Part shown: positions 12,058 through 24,196 of the stretch, piece by piece
How positions within the stretch are numbered: position 1 is the stretch's first letter
Layout of the letters: each line of letters begins with the position of its first letter
Assembly: GCA_964187785.1 (NCBI GenBank)
Contig: OZ076409.1
Coordinates: forward strand, 49,974,001 to 50,038,000
Reading direction: 5' to 3'
Length of the DNA: 64,000 bases
Source: Amphiscolops sp. MND2022
Taxonomy: Eukaryota
Made by a program: the position numbers and the translations under genes
The notes under the pieces: model-generated
What the model was told of the DNA's origin: nothing
Database searches by the model: none
What the model saw: only the letters and a program-made list of their open reading frames with translations

Positions 12058-13066
12058 GGGCAACTCTCATTTTTGGTGCATGATTGTCAGGGCAATGATG
12101 TATCTCCTTCGTGACTAGTACTGGTTTTTTCCTCAGTCTGGGCAGCTTCTGTGAAGTATAATGTCGTCCTCGGTTACATACCGGGTGGGTCTCTCTACCA
12201 TCTTCCAGGCTGATACCACATACTTCCTCTAACTCAGCCACCGTTGGTTCCGTTAGGTCGTCGAGTTTTTCCACTTATTTCGCGGTTCCTCTTGCGTGGC
12301 ATTCACGTTGGTGATGTCTTTCAGTATAGGGGCCGGCGACAACCGGGGCAACTCGCGGGACGAGTCTGGTTCCTCATAGTATTTGTCTGAATCGTCTTCT
12401 GGCTGTTCTTCTACTAGGAAAGCTTCTCCTTGATCGGCCTTTTCCGGGGTAAAGTTCGCTTACCACCTTTTTGGCGATCCGGTGGACTCAAAAGTAGAGA
12501 TGGTTTCCCGTGACAATTCGAGGTCTGCTTCACTGCCTCTCCATACCTCCACGGAGGAATCATTTATATCGAGTCTTCCCATCATGTTCACAGGTAGCGT
12601 TTTGATTGGCGTACAGTGCCTGTTATTTTCCTCATCTTATGAGATGTCTATGACAAGAACATAATTGTGCATTTAAATTTTTGTAGCAAAGATTTGTTGA
12701 TCTGGTTTTTTTTAGTTTAACTGCTTTTCTTGTTTGCTGTACGGCAAATGAAGAGGTCAATTTTCTTTTACTGGCAATTTTACTGCATTTTTATTGTCGG
12801 TTTTCCCGTCTATGTTCCGGTCCGTCCTAAGTTCGGGAAACGTTTTGCTTCCGTCTGCGCTGCAATTGGCTGAACCGAGAAAAAAAATTTTCTGAATTTT
12901 ACCTTTTGTTATGACGTCATCATATTTTCCGAAGGAGTAGCGTTCATGTGACGTCATAAGTTTAGGGGTGATTTTACTTCTTTTCAGTGCTTCCGATCAC
13001 ATTTATCCATTTTTGGTTTTGGAAGCGATAGGCTTCTGTCAACGCCGTAGTAGGCTTGGGTAAAAA

Positions 13067-14280
13067 ATGAGAGATGAATTCTTTCGTTGTTACAACTCTC
13101 TTAAGGTTTTCTGATGAAGGTCACATGTTTGGTGTTTCGCTGTTTTGGGGTGATCTCGTTGGCATTACCCCTGTGTGGCGCCGCTTGTTTAAAGTATATG
13201 GAAGTCAAATTGATTGCCGAGTTTCCTTTTGCCCCTATTGATGATTTTCTGTCTTATGATGATTATGAAATCGGGAAGAAGTTAATTTGTGGGAAGACAA
13301 CCGAGATGCAGTCATTTCGTGTACAAAGCCGCGAGTTCATAGACAGACTGATCTTTGTATTAGTGGAGCGAATCAGTGCAACTGCGAGCTTTTCCCGGTG
13401 TTTGTCAAGTTTCTGTCCCGAGATCATGTTGGACGGTAATAATAATGCCGTGTTCAATCTCTTCTCTGAATTGAGCAGAGTGTTACTTACTTGTGGCGTA
13501 CTAACGTTGGATGAAACGAAGGCTGCTATGGAGGAATTTACCAGCTACTTTGTTTAGAAGCAGAGGCTGCACGAAGCTTCTGGTCAACTGGCTGGTGAGA
13601 TTGGTGATGTTGTTGATTATATACTGCGGGATTTCAGTTTCGAAGCCCGACATAATCTGCGTCTGGTAGTTGGTGGCACTCATAAGGCTTTGCTGACCGT
13701 GACGCTTGGTTCAAGTGGATGTGACCTTGATCATAGAGTGGTACAGGATTGTCTTCATTTGGTGCAGTCGTCCGTGCTATCTCCTGTTTACAGTCATTCG
13801 TCTTTGTTTACTGTACAGACCGTAGAGAGAGTTCGTGGAGCTATCGGCAATGCTGGTGTTTTCTACGTTTCTACTTCTCAGCCGGTTTTGTTTTGTGGAA
13901 AGAGTTGTTTTACGGTCATGATCCAGGCTCTTTTGTAGCTAAACAGAAGGAAATCTACCGCCAGTTATTAAACCAACGACGCAGAGATTGTGAAATCAAT
14001 TATATTGTGCTCGATAAGTCTTATCGTGAAGCGCGGTTTCGATAGGGTTCTGGTTAATCTGAAGTTGGGAGTGCTACGATCTCTGTTGTTAAAGCTAAGA
14101 AGGAGGTAGCAACAAAAACTGTCTTCGTGGGGTCCTCGTCGAGGATTGCTTCCGGGGCTGCTACGTCAAGGAAAAATGCTGGCAAAGGAGGTGTAGCCGA
14201 CTCCAAGAAAGACGGCGGTGCTAGTCCGTCAAAAAGGTCAAAGAAGAATGAAAGAGGAGACGAGGAAAATACGATGTACG
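13067..14280 (+). pseudogene. Antisense accessory gene, copy B (C-terminal part)
   Basis: MRDEFFRCYNSLK..FLMKVT and SFRVQSREFIDRLIFVLVERISATASFSRCLSSFCPEIML align to QRDAAFFTYGQFCQFL.KLC and KFAAKARGYFIFLLETMLRNVHLTADIVHGIACFDPHVLL of copy C. It has a basic S/K-rich tail and is convergent with the end of pol. Confidence 0.7.
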
Positions 14281-14519
14281 CCATAGAGTTCGTGATTTAT
14301 TTGGTAACTGATATGCTGTTGATAGACGTTTGCACCATGAACTAGTGAGGTGCCTTTATACTGTATTTATGTTGTTGTTGATTTGATGTTGATCTTTGGG
14401 CACTGTTGGTGTCTTTGATATTTTTTTAGTTTAGTCTATTAGTTCCAAAATTGACGTAGCTAAACCGGTTCGGTTTGGCTAGCTGATTGTTTTCATTCAT
14501 TCTTGAGTTTGAGGTATTC

Positions 14520-17500
14520 CTTCCACAGTGACAGCGTCAAGCATGCGGAAATATGGGTGTGCATTAGGCCTCGGATTAGGGCGTAGATTGTATCTCCCCG
14601 TTTTTCGCGGATTGTAACTAACTACAATAGGTGGTAATTCCGGCGCTTTAGGGAGTTTCTATAGGTGGTGGGGTCGTTATGTAGGGATTGTCACTAACGT
14701 CCAGGTTATATGACGTAATATCTCCTTGTGATGATCTGTCCGCGGTAGAACTTTCACTTGCGGTTGTTATAACCGCTTCATTTTGCGTTGTCTGTGCTTC
14801 ATCAATTGGCACTTCTGTGATCGCAGCTTCTTCTTTTCCTTGTTCCGATGAGTTTCCGAACAGGACTTCTCTGAATTCGGTTTCCCAAGCTTGCGAGTAC
14901 CAATCATCATGGGTTGTTTTAACCTCAGGATCTGGAAGTTGACAATCCGTCTTGACTGTTATGTCAGGTATTCGTTGATTGGGCGCATACAGCCTTAGGC
15001 GAATTCTTTGGAGGGTTTGGATGTATCGTGTTCCTGTTTTTTGTAGGACGTAGTTTTTGTTGGAGAGGATTTTGACTACTTGCAGGGACCGGCCCAAATG
15101 CAATCCTTGAATGCAAGTTTCATTGACTAGTTATCAGCCTTCGGGTTCAAGACATAGCAGTAGTCATTGACTTTCAATGGCGTTGCTGTCGCGTGTTTAT
15201 CATAGTATCGCCTTTATTTCAAGTATGATTGCATGAGGTAATCTTTGGCCGCCTGGTGGGTTTCGGCTATCTGTTTCTGTAATTTATCCGTAAGTTCTGC
15301 GTTTTTCTTTCTTCTATTCTGGCTTAATTCCCAGTTTGATATCGAAGATGTTGTACTGAGTTCGTCCGTAAAACACTGTTGTCGGTTCGCAGCCTAGCCA
15401 CTCTTGATAGCTTGTGTTGTAATTCATGACTGCAATTTGTGCGTATTTATGCCACATTGAACGTTGTTTTCCCGTCAAAATGTTTAAGGACGTTTTTAGT
15501 GATGCGTGTGTCCGTTCGAGTATGCCTTTTGTTTGGGCGCGTTTCGTCAATGCCTGACTGATGCGTATGTCAAGGGTTTGAGCTATTTGATTTACAACGT
15601 TCGAACGCAATTGTGAGCCTTTATCCATGAGAATCATTGTTGATAGGTAACAATGGCGTGTCAATTCGTCGACTATGCAACGGCCGACTGTTCTGGCTGG
15701 CTGTCATGTTTTGGGTAGGGTATGCGAAGAGATATCGGGAGAAAACATTCATCATCGTTATGATAACATGCTTGTACCCGTTTGATCAAAGTAGTTTCGG
15801 TAGTATATCGACTTCTAAACAGTCTTCGGGTCCAAATGTGAGTTCCGTGTTGCTAAGCATCTTCGGGCGTATTTGTCGTATGTCTGTTCGTTTGTTTGCA
15901 ATGCAGTCAAAGCAACTGATGACCCAGGCCCTGATTTTTTGTGCTAGTACCGGATAGTAGTATTTCTCTCTGCATTCTTGGATCATCTTGGTGATTCCTG
16001 GATGTTTATTCATTTTCCCGTGTAATGTGGATAGTAATTGCGATACTTTTTGTTTTGGTATCAGGATTTGGTGATATGTGACTGTGCCGTCCTCCCGGTA
16101 ATATTTTCGCATGAGGACTCAATCCTTGACTATTATTCTTTTTTCATGGCGTAGGAGATTATGTCCTCTGGGTTCAGTTTTTAAGAGATGTTTTTCATAT
16201 TCTTCGTGTAGTAAGCGCAATATTTGTGTCTTCAGGATCGGGTCGGAATTTTGTTTGTTACGTATTCGTCCATTTTCTTTGTTTGCTCCAAATGCATAAA
16301 CTGTTGCATTAAGTGGTAAGTTTCTGTTTTTTTTATTTCTGTAGACAGATATTGCTGTTCTTTTTCGTCTATCGCTCGTTGTTTGCTAAGTGTTTTCCTT
16401 GCAAAAACTCCTTGCTCTGTTTCTTCTTCCTCGTCTGGTAGAAAGAAGAGCTGTTCTTCGTCGGCTACGTCTGTTGACTGTAGATTGACCCCTATGGGGG
16501 CCGTTAGGATGTCGTCGTGCAGTTTGAGTTGGACTCTTTCTTTGGGGGTTAGTTCTAGTCTGGACAGGAAATCAGCTGCAGTGTTTTGTGATCCTGCTAC
16601 GTGCATGATGCGGAAGTTATATTGTTATACAGGGTCACAAGCATTCCTTAAAGGTGGTTTTTGTTTGGAAAAGTCTCTTCACCGATCCATTGTCCGTTAG
16701 TACTAGTGTTGGTAGCGTTGTTTCCCGTAGGATGCGACTGTACTCTAGGAACGCATTTAGATAGAAACTTTTTTTATCGTCGTTGTCTTCTATCATTAGT
16801 GCGTATCTGGATGCTCTGAAGCTGGCACCCGTCAGAAGCACGTATTGTTTTCCAGCAACGGGTTGTCAGAGTGCTAGTCCGCATGCTTTCGCGAGGCTTG
16901 CGTTGAAGTCATTAACGAGTTCTTCTGAGGTGTTGATTTTTTCATCACCTTTTAGTAATTCGTACATTCCAATAATCTTTTTTGACAACCCTGGTTTGTA
17001 GTTTTGGTAGTAGTTGACGAATCCGATTTTTATCTGGACTTGTTTCTTTGATTTAGGATATCTGATCTTGGACAAGATGTTGGCGATTTGTGGTCTTGCG
17101 GGGCTACTCCGTTGAGGGTGACGGTTGTGCCAAGGAATTCAACTTGGGTAATCCCAAAGTGGCATTTTTGATCGTCAGCTTTAGGCCCGTTTTACGGTGC
17201 ATTTGAAAACTGCTCGGATGTTCTTGAAGAGTTCTTCCGTTGTGTTGGCGGCGATCCCAATATCATCCACGTATTGAGCACACTGGTCTGCTTTGATGAC
17301 TGTGTCGAGGTACTCCCGCATGAAGCTTGAGACTGCTGACAAGGCCATATAAGTCCTTAATCCAGTTTACGGTAAGCAAAAGTCCTACTGGCAAAATGAG
17401 ACGCAAGGAGTTCTACTAACCTTTGATCTGCCATTTGGAGACAGTGGTAGGCTTGGGAGCAGTCAAGTTTACAGAAGATCTTTTTCCCCGCTAGGTGTTG

Positions 17501-20500
17501 CGCAGCGTCTGAGAGGGTGCTGATTGGGTTATTGTTTTTTATGTAGTCATCTGAGATGAGTGCGTTGATCTTCCTCAAATCCACGAGTAGGCGCAATTTT
17601 TCGTTGAGTTTACGTTGAGCAAACATGGGGCTGGCGTACCTCGGGAGTGGGAGAGTTGTGATGATCCCATATCTCTGCATTAGGGCCAGTTCCACTGTGA
17701 GGTCATCTTTGAGGTTTTAGGGTACGGAGAAGCTCTGTGTGTATACTGGCTTGTCGTTTTTAGGAGTTAGGCATATTTTGGATTGGGTATTCATTCCGAT
17801 GTCAAGACGATGGCGGGCGAGAATGTCATTGATTTCAACAATGATGGATTCTAAGTTTTCCTGATCCTCTCCCGTTACAAGTGAGTCGTTCCATTTGAAC
17901 ATTGAGAGGAATTGTGTTCTAGAGCGTTCGTCTTGTTTAGGGTCTAGTTGTTCTAGTTTTTGTAGTTCCCGTAATTCCTTGAGTATTCGTTGTTGGATGG
18001 GGGTGTGTTCCAACTCAGCTCCTGGGTTCTCGGGTGTTGTGAACCAAAATTTTACTTCTGCGTTTTCGGGGAATTAACGCATTAATATACGCAACAACGT
18101 TGTCATGTTCTGTGAGGAGATTGAGTACTGCTATGTCTACTGGCCGTATTGATTTCGTTTTTTCGGGCTTCAAGATTTGCAACTCTGCCAGTTTGGTGTG
18201 TGAGTTGACGGTGTATGGGAAATCCATTGTGTTGGCTATTTCACGCGTTTGTCACGGGCTGTTGTTATTGCTGGGACTACGATGAGTTTTGCTGTCTCAT
18301 CGAAATGTGGTAGGGGTTGGACGGTCCCAGTTATTGCGTGGTCATTACTCACAGTTACAGATGCGTGGATGATTCGTGTAGCCTGTGCTGGGATGATGTG
18401 TTTCCCTCGGGCTTGATGGGGATTGGTCTCGGGTTGCACTTCTGCATCTCATCTGTTAAAGCCAAGGTGAGTTGTATTTTAGGGAAGTCAATAGTACGTT
18501 GTACAGTGTCAAGGATTGCGGAGTGTTTCCGGAGTAACGCCAGACCAAATATCGCGTAGGACGTTTTGGTGATGATGATGAAGGTTTCTTCGAACGTCTC
18601 CGATCTTGAATTTCATCCTGTATGTGGCAAGGGCGTTTTCGAGCTCGGTGTTGGCGAAGTGTATTTTGATAGGGGGGTGGTGGTGCTTTTTCAAGTATGG
18701 ATGCTTTTGCTTCTTTTTGTATTTTCTGCGCGTCTTTTTCGCTGATGACATTTATATAGGCTCCTGAGTCGACTAGTGCGTCTATTTTGACGTTTTTGAA
18801 TTCGATGGGGATGACGAGCATCCTTTTTTGTTCCTTAAAGGCAATAGCTGACATTAACGGGATGTAGTCGTCATCTTTGTCATGTTGTTTGAATTCCTTA
18901 ATGACCTTGAGGTCGTGAGGCAGTGGTTGTGGGCATTCTGTTGCTTCCTCGTTCGTTGTTATTGGGCGTGGTTTGTGGCTGCGAGGGGGAAGGAATGATA
19001 ATCTCCCTTTGTTGCTTCGCTTGTTTTGACCAGATCCTTTTGTGTTCGAAGCATATAATGTTCTCTGCGTCTATTGGCGTGAACGTTACTGCTGCAGGCT
19101 CTGATGGTATCGTTTCTGACTTCTTCAGGATCGTTGACAGTGGTGGAGGAAATTCTGTCGTAGTTTCTGTTTTTTCCTGTGGGTTTGAAATTTGTATTTT
19201 AAATGTTCGTGCTTTGGTATCATATATTGTAGGTTCGTCCCACGGATCACAGCGGTAATCCGTGTCATATATGTAGATTCTGTCGGTTTGTGATTCTGGA
19301 TCGTTTGAGTGTGGCATCTTTTTCCGGTGATTACGTTATCCATTGGGGAAATGGCTTTGGGTCGTTCGGATGTCTGGCGTTGTGACGGAGGATCATACCT
19401 ACGTTCCAGCGTCTCGTCGTTGCCAATCTTGGGTTGCATCCCCATTGCATTCTGTCATGAAATCTTCCTTATAGCGGTTTGGGGGGTCCTCGATTGTGTA
19501 CGCCCTCGCATCTTCTTTTCCCCGAAGCGTATCCGCGGCGATCTTAGTTTTTTGGCTGAACTTTGATAGTGGGGATCGGTTGTTCGCTTATTTGGCTTGT
19601 GGGCATTGCGAACTCATGTCGTCGTCTTCTGGGGTCATTTGCCGCGTTTGCTCCGTTCCAGCAATTTTCTGTTTTGTGGGTTTTTCCGCATGTGTCGCAT
19701 TTTGGTTTTGAAGGGCAGTTGAGCTGGGAACTCCATTTGCGCTTTAATTTCGTAGTACCTGTCTTTCCTCAGTTTGCGGCATTGCCCTTTATAGTGTCCA
19801 TATTTGCCACCGTAAAAGCAGTTTCCTCGCTGGTTTTGTTCTTTCTTTCTGGTGGTGCGACGTCAACTGAGTTTAGCGGGACGAGAGCGGTTGCGTCAGG
19901 GGCACCCACGCCATTGAGGTGCATTTCTCTTTCGAGATGTAGGACGAAGACAATGTTTGGCTTGTCTTCAAGGTAAGGATTTAAAGATCTTTTCGACATT
20001 GTCCGGCATATTTCATATATGGCTTTATCTATGAACTTTTGCGCCTCTGGATTGAACGCCTCCTTTGCTGTTTTTTGTAATACATCTAGTAATTCATGGA
20101 GTTTATTTTTGGTTGGGTCAAAATGTAAGGAGTCCCATTCACAACGAGCTTTTGCGGACAATTGGGAGTCTCCGAAGCGACGTTTGAATGCCGTGATTAC
20201 TTCTTCGAGGTTGTCTTTTTTCGCATCATCAAGAATACAATACGCCTGGAACGCGTTGCCACGAAGTAGGGAGTGGAAGTAGTTGGTTTTCTGTATCTCG
20301 GTTAGGTGTGGATACTTTTTATATATTGTTTCGGAATAAGTCCTCAAAAAGTTTGATTTTTTCGGACTTACCATCAAACACTGCTAGTGATGCTGGGAGT
20401 GCTTTTGGCATTGGGGGATATTGGACGGTTGGTAGACGTCAGGTTGTGGTGCGAGCAGTCGTCTCGAAGTCGAGTCACGTTCGTTGGGCGGCAGACTTTG

Positions 20501-20565
20501 CCGGCGGTTTGGGCGTGTTTTCTTTTTCGCCAGATTCGTGGAGTCAATAAAGACTCCTGTCACCA
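14520..20565 (-). pseudogene. gag-pol of E1 (frameshifted)
   Basis: gag FDGKSE..YFHSLLRG; protease ALVDSGA (about 18770); RT KLRLLVDLRKINAL, FCKLDCSQAYH and AQYVDDIG (about 17270); RNase H NTAADFLSR; integrase HGKMNKHPG..CFDC and GILERTHASLK; C-terminal RYNLRPNP. Confidence 0.95.
20553..20565 (-). promoter_or_regulatory. Primer-binding site TGGTGACAGGAGT (tRNA-Leu-like)
   Basis: Directly follows an LTR-terminal ..TAACA stub (20566-20582). It resembles the complement of animal tRNA-Leu 3' ends (TGGTGTCAGGAGT). Confidence 0.75.
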
Positions 20566-20594
20566 TGTTAAGGTCATTCACCTGTAAAATTTTT

Positions 20595-21181
20595 ACATCC
20601 GTTGATGAAAATTTTAAACTGACTTTCACTTTACCGCTGGTTTGACGGTCAAACAGGAAATGAAATTGCCTGAACAAGTGTTACAAAAAGTTGAGGCAAC
20701 CTAGGAATTTCGTTACCTGATTTTGTGACGCGGGACTAAAATAATATGAAGCAACTAGGTGTTGGTGTAAACAAACCCATTTTTCATTTTTACGATAGCT
20801 AGGACTTTTTAGGTGAGAAACAAAGAATGCTAGGAAAGTATAAATCTGTTGGTTTTGTAAATTAAATCATAGGTATTAGTAATCTTTGTTACACTGTTAC
20901 ATTGCTAAAACGAATCTTCTTGAAAAATTCAAATCTCTTTGAAACATTTTTTTTCTCAAAAATGACAGCTCGAAGTCATAAAAGCCTGAAAATACATTCA
21001 CTGCACCTACATCAACCCCTATAAAAACTTAAAACGACTACTCAATATAATACTCCGGTAGGTAGTCGTAACAGGCTCCAGGCTGATCATGCGCTGGGCC
21101 ACATATGGTCCAGAGTATGGTCAACCTGGAACCATAAGTACTTATGGTCCAGAGTATGAACAACCTGTTTTTGTATGGGAG
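20595..21181 (+). repeat. Duplicated copy of the flank 9342-9939 (solo-LTR 3' part, MITE piece and TSD) located inside E1
   Basis: Directly alignable by eye from ACATCCGTTGA to TTGTATGGGAG. Confidence 0.9.
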
Positions 21182-23308
21182 TGTAACGGTCATTCACCGG
21201 TGTAGTTTTTAGATTAACTGTATTAGTTCTAGGTTTAACAGGTGTAGATGTTATAGTTGGCGGAGCGTTTTAGTTTTCAGAGTCAGATTCCTCAGGGCAA
21301 ATTGATGTAGCATGCTTCTTAGCAACAAGTGTTATCAATTTTAGCATTTCCTTTTGGTTTTCAGCTAGAATTTTTGGTGCGATCAGAAGAGATTTCTTTT
21401 CTGAGAGTAGATTTTATTTCCTCTAAGCTTCCTGTTCGAACCTTTGGTGATTTGCTCGTTCTTGCTACGTGGTTCTCATTTTGGATGTTCCCACATAGGG
21501 GAGTCTTTTGCTCAGTTGAGATCAGTTGTTCTACTGCTTTTCTGGCTTCTGGTAGTCATTTTTGAAAGAGAAGAAAAGTATTCTTTGGGAATTGTAGAAT
21601 TTTTGTCAACGTAAAGTTTGCGCAACAGCGAATGATTAATTTAATCTTCAGATGCGTTCTAAGTATAAATACTTTCTCAGCATCATTTGTTCTTCACCTA
21701 AAAATTCCCAGGAATTTTAATAGTTTTGTTCACGAAAAATGTCAAATCATCCTTTTTATTTCAGCCCTTCGATCATTAGTTCAAGTTTTAAATTTCCTAG
21801 TTACGACTCCCTCGCGGAGCATCTGTTGAAAACATTTTTGTTCAGCAATCCTACTTCCGGTTTAGTTGAAGAAATGGCGGCGAAGTAAAAGTCTAGTTGA
21901 AATTCTACCAAAGAAAGCACGCTTGCGTGAACAATGATTCAGCGCATAAACAGCAAAAATCATCTTTCGCGTCAAAAGAATGACGAGCATAAAAGTGGTT
22001 TTGATAACCTTACGGAAAAGTTCTGACTTGAATTGCCAAGAAATTTTTGATCTAATTCATGGAAGGAACAAACGATGCTGGAAAATGGCGTATCAAAGCT
22101 GCATTTAAATGTTTCATAGCAACAACAATTGACAAAAATCGAGGATAACTACCAAATTTCATAGCAACAACAATCAACAAGCATCAATGATGACTACCGA
22201 AGTGGGTATTCAACAAACTAATCAATCAGCCAAATTAGGCGTTTAACCAATAATTTTCATGAAAACAACACCTTTTGGGTATTCAACAAAAATGTTCTCA
22301 ATGTGAATACTTTCTTGTCTTAACCTACAGCACGACTATTCAAATCAACTTTCAACGCGGGAATTAAGCGGAACTTAAAGAGCCTCATATTGTTAATCAT
22401 TGATGACTCCGTAATGGTTCCGTACGTATTAAGATTGAGTATAGTAGTGTAGATTAGCTTTTGATTTTCACAAATGATTCCTTAGTTGTTCCGTACGTGT
22501 TAAGATTGACTATGGCTAGCTTAACAATCTTCATTCTTACAATTTGCTCCGTAGCTGCTCCGTAAATATTGAGTTTGGTTATAATTGAACGAGTGCAAGC
22601 GAAGATGTAGCGGAGCGCGTAGGCGTTCATTCTTGTTCTCTTATTTAATTGGTGTTGCTATGTTAACATTCTAATAAGACTGAGCTAGCGTCCTATTGAG
22701 TTGAGCTCAAATAGTTCAGCCGAGAAGTAACGCTATTGGTTCGTAAAATTATAAACTAGATTTTCAGTCCCAGTCCAACTCGCGCCCATTACGTTGTTGA
22801 TATATATTTAGATTCCTAGCTTGTGATCTTAATAGATTTTGACAGCTACTTCAACCACTATTGTGCCATCTCTATTGTTTTTTGTATTTCTCTTTTAGAT
22901 TGGACAATGTTATCCGTTGGGGTCGCGGATTCAAATATTGATCTTTGTTTTGTTATTCAGGGTGTAAAAAGAATTATTTCTTTTTACCTTTTGTTTCCTT
23001 TTAATTATTTAGGTCAGTATGGAAAACGGTGTGGACTGAGACCGGAAATGAAATATTCTAAACATGAAAGAATAGACCAGAAGTTTTTATCCTGTCAGAA
23101 ATCACTTTCACACTTCGTAATTTACGTAACTCTTCCGTTTATTGAAAAGTTTCTTTTGTGTTTTTACGGTTAGTCGTGCTACAGATCAAGTGATGGTAAG
23201 GTAATGTTTATACTTAGTAATTTTTTGATTTGCCATGGCCCACTGCACTTCTGAATTTGGGGATGCCATCATGGCAAATAAAACACCGACCGGGAGCGGG
23301 TCGTGACA
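21182..23308 (-). repeat. 5'-side LTR of E1
   Basis: TGTCACGACC..GACCGTTACA, flanked on both sides by GGGAG. The ATG of the MTTRSQK ORF is at 21559. Confidence 0.9.
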
Positions 23309-23749
23309 GGGAGGGAAACCCGGGCTCTTCTTCATTGTTTTGGCGCTCGTTTTCAGCAGCCTCTCATTTCAAAATTCTAAATGAAGTTCAGTTGCAGCTT
23401 CTGAATTCCGAACATTTTCTTCCACCAGTTTCTTACAGTTTCTTCATCTACTGTCCAGCAGCCCTGAGTAACAGATCTTTTCTTTCGTTCGTATGGTATT
23501 TGCTCATACGTAAACCGATGATCGGTCTTCGTTCTACTAGCGCACGTCAGAAAACCTTTGGATTTTCAGTTCGTTAGTTTAACTTTTACCGTTTTGCTAC
23601 AGCTGTCTTTCCGGAAGCTGTCTCACTTCTAAAACAACAAACCATGGTGAACCCGAAGATCACCACACTGGAAACCAAAAAATTTCAACAATTTCCTGAA
23701 ATCTCGAAATTTACTTACCGGCTCAAATCGCTGTGTATGTTTTTGACTC

Positions 23750-24062
23750 TTATCCGAAGTTAACAGAGTTCTTCTAAGGAGGAGGCGGATGTTCGAAGAT
23801 ATTGCTCTATATCCGAATTTTTGACGTTAAATCTGAGGATAATCCGTTTTACTAAAGAAGCAGAAAAGAGGCAAAAAAAGAGGCAAAAAGGAGGCAAAGA
23901 AATTAGCTCTTGACTATGAAGGAGGCTCAAATTTATTGCGCTATTTCCGAATTTTTGACGTTATGATTTATGTAAACTGTGTTTTACTAGATGAAGAGTG
24001 GGCAGCGGTTCGAAAATGTTTCACTTTAGACGATATATTTCACTTTTAACGTTATATTCGAA
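23750..24062 (+). repeat. Degenerate tandem units (TATCCGAATTTTTGACGTTA..), fragment of the HINE internal array
   Basis: The same unit recurs at 26880-27010 and 27225-27310. Confidence 0.6.
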
Positions 24063-24101
24063 ACAAGACGGCTGCTAAGCACCGGGGTATTTTTTGCTTA
24101 A

Positions 24102-24183
24102 AATGTAACGCAACGGCACGGGTCCGTACTCACGACCTCGTGTCTACCAGGCAAACGCACTACCAACTGAGCCAAAGTAACCA
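24102..24183 (-). mobile_element. tRNA-derived SINE head / tRNA pseudogene
   Basis: A-box TGGCTCAGTTGG and degenerate B-box GAGTACGGACCC at tRNA-like spacing. The stems are imperfect. Confidence 0.6.
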
Positions 24184-24196
24184 ACATAGGTACTAA

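Larger units (their letters stand above)
9940..23308 (-). mobile_element. Full-length decayed Ty3/Gypsy LTR retrotransposon E1
   Basis: Two LTRs of about 2.1 kb, TSD GGGAG (9935-9939, 23309-23313), a PBS, and domain order gag-PR-RT-RH-IN. Confidence 0.95.
8103..23324. mobile_element. CCC..GGG (CMC/EnSpm-like) non-autonomous element split by nested LTR insertions
   Basis: The left end CCCGGGTTTC..CAGGTTGATCATA matches the inverted right end once E1 is removed (..TATGAACAACCTG..GGGAG|GGAAACCCGGG). CCAT/ATGG subterminal repeats lie at 8140-8320 and 9836-9935. The 2-bp flanks CC/CT are imperfect. Confidence 0.5.

Noticed and set aside
13067..14280. Independent hAT transposon insertions explaining the antisense ORFs
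   Set aside because: No TIRs or 8-bp TSDs were found. The same position and orientation in three diverged hosts is unlikely by chance, though not formally excluded.
24102..24183. Functional tRNA gene
   Set aside because: The T-loop lacks GTTC, and the acceptor and anticodon stems pair poorly.
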